Assembly: GCA_000967895.1 (NCBI GenBank)
Contig: FO203512.1
Coordinates: 3,315,531-3,347,530, forward strand
DNA length: 32,000 nt
DNA from: Oleispira antarctica RB-8
GTDB lineage: Bacteria > Pseudomonadota > Gammaproteobacteria > Pseudomonadales > Oceanobacteraceae
Reading direction: 5' to 3'
Below are positions 26,159-32,000 of this stretch, piece after piece. Below the pieces are notes generated by a model. The model worked only from the letters and a program-made list of their open reading frames with translations, was not told where the DNA came from and searched no databases. Position 1 is the stretch's first letter. Each line of letters begins with the position of its first letter. The position numbers were made by a program, and so were the translations under genes.

Positions 26159-28111
26159 ATGCGCATTCTACTCCTGCTTTCCATACTATTGCTGTCATTA
26201 AACGGCCTCGCCAATGAAGAGATTCATTTGGGAAGTTTGACTGTGGGAGCCAGTAAAGAAGATTTAATGAATTCTGATTACCAAGTTTTCCAACGTGAAG
26301 ACTTTGTTAATCGCTACCAAAATTTAGCCAGTTTTTTACAACAACAAAATGGTCTACAGATTCAACAAGCAGGTGGTTTAGGTAATCCAGCATTAGTATC
26401 TATTCGCGGTGCCAGTGCGAGCCAAACAACCTTACTGGTTAACGGCATAAGCGCTAATAATAGCCAACATGGTGGATATGATTTAAATACAATCCCGTTA
26501 AATCAGATTGAACGTATAGAAATAAGCCGTTCTGGCAGCTCATTTGACCTTTCTGATCAAGCGATAGGCGGTACGATTAATATTATTACTCGTGAAGGGG
26601 CTAATAATCAAAATTTCAGCCTCAATCTAGGCTCAGAAGAGACCCTAGCAGCATCATTTAGCAGTTCATTTGATCAAGGTTTAAGTATTCAAGTAGACCA
26701 CGAACAAAGTGCAAATTCATATGATTACCCAGTACCTAGCCCAATTGCAAACAGCAGTCAACGCAATCAAGACCAACCCTTAAACAACGCAGAGTTTTCT
26801 CGTTCGAGCGTTCAGCTAGTTCAGTCTTTTGAAGAAATATCTGCAAGAGTAAGACTGAATAAACAAAGCAAAAACATACCAGACTATTTTCGTAATCACC
26901 CCAACAACAATGCGAGTTTAGATAAGCAAGACGCTACTTTTTCTTTACAGGGCAAGCACAAGCTAGAGCATGAAAATACTAACAGCGCACTCGTTAGCGA
27001 ACATAACTGGCAAGTATTTCACCAAAAAACAAATGAACACTATCAAGATGACATGGGAGTTATTGGTTTAGGAAAAGATAATGATAAATTTTATCAAACT
27101 CGATCTGAAGCCCAATGGCAGTCAAAGTTATTATTTGAGCAATGGCAATTTCAAACTCAAGTCTCAGGCTATGAGGAGAGTTTTTCTAGCCGATATCTTA
27201 ATGATGACGACAGTTTTTTATGCTCGACTCCACAAGGAAACTGTGATCAAAAAGCCTACCAACAAGGCATTCAAGCCCTCGCTGGGGTTCGCTGGGCGAA
27301 TAAAAAACAAAATCAACAAATTACAATCGATGTATACCAGTCTCATACTAATAGTTATAACCGTAAACGCAGCAGTACAAAGGATAGCGAAGAAAAAAAT
27401 AAATATTTCATTGGCTACAATCTTAAATACTCAGTTTTTAATGATGCTAGTGAAACGCACTTTAGTATAAAAAATAGTAATCGCCAACCAACTCTATACC
27501 AGCTGTTCGGTGATAGAGGCCTATTATTAGGTAACCCTGATTTGCTTGATGAAACAAGCTTGAGCTATAGCGTTGATAATTTGTACAGTATTAACGACAG
27601 ACACCAAATGAATAGCGCAATTTTTTATCGTCAATTGAAAAATGCTATTGTCCCAGTTTACGATTCTCGTGGTGTTGGTCGCTATGAAAACAGTAAAAAA
27701 GCTTATCTTGCGGGAATTGAATGGCAATGGCGCTATCAAGGGGATCACTTTTATAGCCATTTAGGCGCTGATTTATACCAAAGTGAAAGCTTGGATGACA
27801 ATGTAAAGTCCTTTAATAATAAGCAAATAGCCGGTATTTATCACAACAGCGTTAGCCTCATCACGGGCTGGTCGCAACAGCAGCATAATATTGAATTAAT
27901 CAATCGTATTAATGCCAATATTTATATCGATCGAAGCAACTTAATTGCAGGTGATAACTACCACCTGACCGATATAAACTATCAGTATCAATACTCTCAA
28001 ATCTCATTGGGCTTTAGCATTAAAGACCTAATGAATACTCGATATAAAGACTTTACCAACCGTCCCGCTATTGGACGACAATGGATTGTTTTTACAAATT
28101 TTAACTTCTAA
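26159..28111 (+). CDS. btuB: TonB-dependent vitamin B12/corrinoid outer-membrane receptor
   Basis: 650 aa with signal peptide MRILLLLSILLLSLNGLA|NE and a TonB-box-like LGSLTVGA. The plug region reads NGLQIQQAGGLGNPALVSIRGASASQTTLLVNGI...ERIEISRSGSS, and the C-terminus is FTNFNF. The substrate call rests on the upstream B12 riboswitch. Confidence 0.8.
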   Translation: MRILLLLSILLLSLNGLANEEIHLGSLTVGASKEDLMNSDYQVFQREDFVNRYQNLASFLQQQNGLQIQQAGGLGNPALVSIRGASASQTTLLVNGISANNSQHGGYDLNTIPLNQIERIEISRSGSSFDLSDQAIGGTINIITREGANNQNFSLNLGSEETLAASFSSSFDQGLSIQVDHEQSANSYDYPVPSPIANSSQRNQDQPLNNAEFSRSSVQLVQSFEEISARVRLNKQSKNIPDYFRNHPNNNASLDKQDATFSLQGKHKLEHENTNSALVSEHNWQVFHQKTNEHYQDDMGVIGLGKDNDKFYQTRSEAQWQSKLLFEQWQFQTQVSGYEESFSSRYLNDDDSFLCSTPQGNCDQKAYQQGIQALAGVRWANKKQNQQITIDVYQSHTNSYNRKRSSTKDSEEKNKYFIGYNLKYSVFNDASETHFSIKNSNRQPTLYQLFGDRGLLLGNPDLLDETSLSYSVDNLYSINDRHQMNSAIFYRQLKNAIVPVYDSRGVGRYENSKKAYLAGIEWQWRYQGDHFYSHLGADLYQSESLDDNVKSFNNKQIAGIYHNSVSLITGWSQQQHNIELINRINANIYIDRSNLIAGDNYHLTDINYQYQYSQISLGFSIKDLMNTRYKDFTNRPAIGRQWIVFTNFNF

Positions 28112-28126
28112 TAAATAGAGATCATT

Positions 28127-29329
28127 ATGAAAATAATAACCCCCTTATTAATTGCAACAAGTCTATTGATTGGTTGTGGAGCTGATAATGATAAGAAGAA
28201 AAAAGACTTCAAGATTTCACAAGATTCTTATGCCGTACAAACTGTCGCATCCGATTATTCCAGCAGTCAGGTTGCGATAGGTAACCTAATCGGTGATCGA
28301 TCAGCAACCCAAGGCTTATTAACTAAAGCAGAATCTAACTTCACTATCTCTACTTATGAAAATAATCTTTATCATATCGGCAAGAATCAAATAGACGCTA
28401 TTAGCCGCTATGATGCTACTCAGAGCGTTTCAAACAGCGAATGGGCCTATGGCGCAAACCATGACGACGAAGGTTCTGCGAATACTTATACTCTTGTGCA
28501 ACAAAATGCGACTAATGGATATTTAATTCGCTATGGCAGCACTTTTGTACTGCAAGTAGACCCGAGTGCGGCACTCGAAGAAAATTTCGTAAAAGCAAAA
28601 ATTGATCTTTCAGCCTATAACTACCCAGGTTCCGAATATCCACGTATGGTTGATGCTGTGATTGCTGATAATAAGCTTTTCGTTGCTCTGCAACGCTTAG
28701 ATGGCTGGGCACCAAAGCCAGCCTATATTGCGGTTATCGATATTGAAACTAACGAAGAAATTGATACTAATATTCAAGAAGATGGTTTTAAAGGTATTCC
28801 TTTAAATGCAACCAACACTTTTTCTTTAGTCGAACATAATGGTCAGATATATGCAGCAGGACGTGGCGGCTATAACTCCGATACTGGCGGCTTAGATGTA
28901 ATAGATACGACTACTTATGCCATTACCCAACTAATTGATGAAAGCAGCTTTCCTCAATTAATTGATTTTAGTGATGACGATAACAATTCGAATGACAGCT
29001 ATTACCACGTATTAGATGTAGCAGTGGTAAGTGATCAACTAGCGTATGCCACATTAAATATTGAAATTGGCTATAAAACTATTGAAACAAAAATCGTAAT
29101 GATTAATCCCAGCACAAAAGAATTAACGATATTATCTCAACCTACTGCTATAAATGGTAAAGAGATCAGTGATCTTAATATCGATTCGAATGATCGTTTA
29201 TGGGTAGGCATTGCAAATGCCGATGCACCAGGCATTTGGGTTATGGATACCGATACCAACACTATAAGCGGTGATTTCATCGAACTTGATATGCCTGCGA
29301 AACGTATTGAGTTTTTAACCGTACAATAA
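28127..29329 (+). CDS. Lipoprotein of unknown function with YVTN/YncE-type beta-propeller-like repeats
   Basis: 400 aa with lipobox SLLIG|C. A recurring 'hydrophobic strand ... (V/I)(I/M)(D/N)xx(T/S)' unit appears four times: KLFVALQRL...AYIAVIDIETNE; GQIYAAGRGG...GGLDVIDTTTYA; LAYATLNIE...KIVMINPSTKE; DRLWVGIANADAPGIWVMDTDTNT. It starts 15 nt after the btuB stop. Confidence 0.6.
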   Translation: MKIITPLLIATSLLIGCGADNDKKKKDFKISQDSYAVQTVASDYSSSQVAIGNLIGDRSATQGLLTKAESNFTISTYENNLYHIGKNQIDAISRYDATQSVSNSEWAYGANHDDEGSANTYTLVQQNATNGYLIRYGSTFVLQVDPSAALEENFVKAKIDLSAYNYPGSEYPRMVDAVIADNKLFVALQRLDGWAPKPAYIAVIDIETNEEIDTNIQEDGFKGIPLNATNTFSLVEHNGQIYAAGRGGYNSDTGGLDVIDTTTYAITQLIDESSFPQLIDFSDDDNNSNDSYYHVLDVAVVSDQLAYATLNIEIGYKTIETKIVMINPSTKELTILSQPTAINGKEISDLNIDSNDRLWVGIANADAPGIWVMDTDTNTISGDFIELDMPAKRIEFLTVQ

Positions 29330-29373
29330 AAGCATAACCAATGTACATAAAACGCACACATAAGGAAAAAATC

Positions 29374-29958
29374 ATGGGCAACCGACTATCAAAAATATCC
29401 ACCAAAACAGGTGACAAAGGCGAAACCGGCTTAGGTGATGGTAGTCGGATTAGTAAAACGTCGACACGTATTCACGTCATTGGCGAAGTCGATGAAGTAA
29501 ATTCTTGGGTGGGTGTTTTGGCCGCTGAATTGGATTCAGACGATCATCATCAGATGATTCTTAGCCAAATTCAGCATGATTTGTTCGATCTAGGTGGCGA
29601 GCTTTGTGTGCCAGGCTATAAAGCCTTAGCACCCAGTATGCTCGAAGAATTAGAAAATACACTGGTTAATATCAACGAAGCCTTACCCCCGCTAAAGGAT
29701 TTTATTTTACCGGGTGGCAGCAAAGCTGCATCTTATTGTCACATGGTAAGAACGGTTAGTCGTCGTGCGGAACGTTCGATCGTTGCTTTAGCTAACGAAG
29801 AAGCTGAGGCGGGTAATGAAATTAATCCACTTGCGGTTCAGTACCTAAACCGCTTGTCAGATTTTTTCTTTGTATTAGCCAGAGATATTGCTAGAAAAAA
29901 TGACGGCCAAGAAATTCTATGGAAAAGCCGTCATACGAAATCTAAGAAAGATGCTTAA
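29374..29958 (+). CDS. PduO-type ATP:cob(I)alamin adenosyltransferase
   Basis: MGNRLSKISTKTGDKGETGLGDGSRISKTSTRIHVIGEVDEVNSWVG is the PduO/MMAB N-terminal signature. I chose ATG 29374, which follows RBS AAGGA, rather than the track ATG at 29341. Confidence 0.88.
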   Translation: MGNRLSKISTKTGDKGETGLGDGSRISKTSTRIHVIGEVDEVNSWVGVLAAELDSDDHHQMILSQIQHDLFDLGGELCVPGYKALAPSMLEELENTLVNINEALPPLKDFILPGGSKAASYCHMVRTVSRRAERSIVALANEEAEAGNEINPLAVQYLNRLSDFFFVLARDIARKNDGQEILWKSRHTKSKKDA

Positions 29959-29969
29959 TACTACCTATT

Positions 29970-30003
29970 TTAACTAGCGGGTATTTTAAAAGCCGCTAGT
30001 TAA
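29970..30003. repeat. Perfect 11-bp inverted repeat between convergent genes
   Basis: TTAACTAGCGG (29970-29980) pairs with CCGCTAGTTAA (29993-30003) around a 12-nt loop. Neither strand has a U-tract after the stem. Confidence 0.6.
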
Positions 30004-30047
30004 AAAGCAGAAAGTGGGGAGGATGTGAAAACATAACACCTTCTCCA

Positions 30048-32000
30048 CTATACTTTGAATCGTTCGACCCTTTGCTTTAAAGACTCCGTTAAAGACTGAG
30101 TTTGACGCACGGCATCTACCGTTCCTTCTACATTTTTTGCGGTCTCTTCACCATGCCCTCGAATAACCGATAAATTATTATTCAAGGCTTTAGCTGCTTC
30201 TTGCTGACTGCTGGCAGTGGAAACAATCTCTAATGTCTTTCTTTGAATCTCTTGCATACTACCTTGAATACTTTCTAAGGCCTCACCCACCTGACCAGAA
30301 CTATCAACTGTTTTATTTACCATCGTTCTATTAATTTCCATAGTCTCAACAGCGCGTTGAATATTTTGCTGTACTTCCTTAATGAGACCTTCAATTTCTT
30401 CAGCTGAACCCTGTGTACGACTCGCTAATGTTCTCACTTCATCAGCAACCACCGCAAAACCACGCCCTTGCTCACCCGCACGCGCAGCTTCGATTGCCGC
30501 GTTTAATGCCAGTAAGTTAGTTTGTTCGGCAATCCCTTTAATCGTACCTAAAATAGAGCTGATATTGGTTGAGTTATCGGCTAAACGATTCACCGCTTCC
30601 ATTGAATTACTCATTTCTTCCGACAGTTGCTGCACATCGGTAATCACATGATCAACCACTTTGCCTGCTTGCTGTGAACGATCCGCTCCCGAAAGAGCCG
30701 CTTGTTCAGCCTCACCCGCCATGATGACAACCGTACTCGCTCGATCAGACATATCAGTAATCGTATTCGCAACTTCTTCAGTTTGCAGCATCTGAGTATT
30801 CACTGACTTACGACTGTTATTTGCAATAGTCTCGACATCAGCCACCTTTTCACCGACATTTTCAGCGGTATCTTTGACTGTTGACAAAATGCCACGAACT
30901 TCTGACGTCATTTCATTAAAGGCATCCCTTAATTGCCCCATTTCATCTGTGCCAGCAAAGACTATGACCTGAGTTAAGTCTCCTTTTGCTATCTTTTGGG
31001 CGGCACTAAAGAAGCGGGCGATAGAGTATTGAACTGATAAGAAGAAGGCCGAGTACAAGTAAATAATAATTGCCATTACTGTTAATAATACAGACGCGGT
31101 CACCAACATATGTGAATTTTGATCATCTAAACGTGCTTGTAATTTTTTACCAATTAATGGCAATACCATGCCATCTAGGTCACGCAACGCCTGTATTTTA
31201 GACTGAGCCATCGCTTCAAAATCAACCCAATCCATAGTGACACTCGTTGCAGCGATGATTTCTTCATCTAATGTCATCTGAATATCAAGCATGCCATTAC
31301 CCGAATTTTTAGCCTGTTCAGCAACGCTATCTAAGCCTAATGCTTCTAAACTACTGGTCACTAACTGTATATCTGGTACTGCAGCAGCCATTTGATCAAA
31401 GACGTCATTTAAAAAATCATAAGTCATAGATTGAAGGTATTTTTCAATCATCGCGAAAATGCTCGCTGAATAGCCAAGACCTGCCGCATCACGTATCACA
31501 GGTGAGTTGGCTAGAGATATGATCAATAACTGCTGAATCTCGGGATCTGAATCCAGCGCTAAACCTGTGCTTTGTGCGTACTTATTAATCACAAGATAAA
31601 GCTGATCGATTACTTCCTGATAAAACTTAAATTGATCAGGCAAGGTAGGCATTCGCGCATTACCATCAACACTCAACTTGCTGAAATTATTCTTTTTAAA
31701 AGCAATCAACTGTTCGCTAAGGTCATCATTTTCAATGGCCTCAATCGCTTTGTTAAATTGGCCATCAATACTTAAACGATATTCCTTCACTCGGCTATTC
31801 AGCCTTGTGTCCTGCTGAAAGATCGATGGGGATGCATAATTACGATAATCTTCAATCGTATACACAACATTCATCATGCTTTGGATATTATCTACCGCAA
31901 CTAATTCACTCTCAGTTTTCTTTAGACTTTGATAGGATGCATAAAATACTTGGCCACTTAAAAAGACCAAAGGCACCATGAATAAAAAGCTAATCAATCC
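30048..32000 (-). CDS. Methyl-accepting chemotaxis protein; its N-terminus is probably cut by the right edge of the window
   Basis: It carries TM1, a ~275-aa helical periplasmic sensor domain and TM2 ([23 protein letters not shown]). The HAMP domain reads [32 protein letters not shown], and the MCP signalling hairpin reads [40 protein letters not shown]. The track start at 31997 is a TTG inside TM1, and the frame stays open to 32000. Confidence 0.88.
   Translation of the reverse strand, partial: GLISFLFMVPLVFLSGQVFYASYQSLKKTESELVAVDNIQSMMNVVYTIEDYRNYASPSIFQQDTRLNSRVKEYRLSIDGQFNKAIEAIENDDLSEQLIAFKKNNFSKLSVDGNARMPTLPDQFKFYQEVIDQLYLVINKYAQSTGLALDSDPEIQQLLIISLANSPVIRDAAGLGYSASIFAMIEKYLQSMTYDFLNDVFDQMAAAVPDIQLVTSSLEALGLDSVAEQAKNSGNGMLDIQMTLDEEIIAATSVTMDWVDFEAMAQSKIQALRDLDGMVLPLIGKKLQARLDDQNSHMLVTASVLLTVMAIIIYLYSAFFLSVQYSIARFFSAAQKIAKGDLTQVIVFAGTDEMGQLRDAFNEMTSEVRGILSTVKDTAENVGEKVADVETIANNSRKSVNTQMLQTEEVANTITDMSDRASTVVIMAGEAEQAALSGADRSQQAGKVVDHVITDVQQLSEEMSNSMEAVNRLADNSTNISSILGTIKGIAEQTNLLALNAAIEAARAGEQGRGFAVVADEVRTLASRTQGSAEEIEGLIKEVQQNIQRAVETMEINRTMVNKTVDSSGQVGEALESIQGSMQEIQRKTLEIVSTASSQQEAAKALNNNLSVIRGHGEETAKNVEGTVDAVRQTQSLTESLKQRVERFKV

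Noticed and set aside
27081-27760. Track ORFs inside btuB: 27081-27470 (+, alternate frame) and 27527-27760 (-).
   Set aside because: They are embedded in the receptor gene in AT-rich sequence where stop-free runs arise by chance. They have no signal sequences, motifs or RBS.

Overview
The window reads as chromosomal DNA from a low-GC, probably marine, gammaproteobacterium. That placement rests on protein signatures and on gene order recalled from memory, not on any search. I saw no rRNA, tRNA, CRISPR array, IS element, integrase or prophage signature.

Gene content, left to right:
- 1-3351 (-): a TRAP transporter operon of lipoprotein, solute-binding protein and fused permease. The permease runs off the left edge and is missing from the ORF track.
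- 3539-6725: a DUF2147 protein, a PIN-PhoH (PhoH2) ATPase, and two orphan small genes, each with a clean intrinsic terminator.
- 7111-9657: a small CbiX/SirB-type chelatase followed by a TonB-dependent receptor.
- 9699-9922: a frameshifted NrtS-like mini-gene, also absent from the track.
- 9935-15485: a 4HBT thioesterase, a LysR regulator, an atypical receiver-domain protein and a 911-aa MalT/LuxR STAND regulator.
- 15786-25754: a conserved housekeeping block of groEL, groES (with a textbook sigma32 promoter), fxsA, an SDR, an alkyltransferase-like protein, ampG, yajQ, a degenerate RAYT-like protein, panE and a sensor kinase.
- 25851-29958: a cobalamin riboswitch driving btuB, a lipoprotein of unknown function and a PduO-type adenosyltransferase.
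- 30048-32000 (-): a chemoreceptor running off the right edge.

The best candidate for something undescribed is the 400-aa beta-propeller-like lipoprotein inside the B12-riboswitch operon. It may be a corrinoid-capture partner of BtuB. Other points worth a second look are the RAYT-like protein that has lost its HUH motif, the pseudo-receiver/STAND regulator pair, and the chelatase/receptor pair. All family assignments come from reading motifs by eye and need database confirmation.
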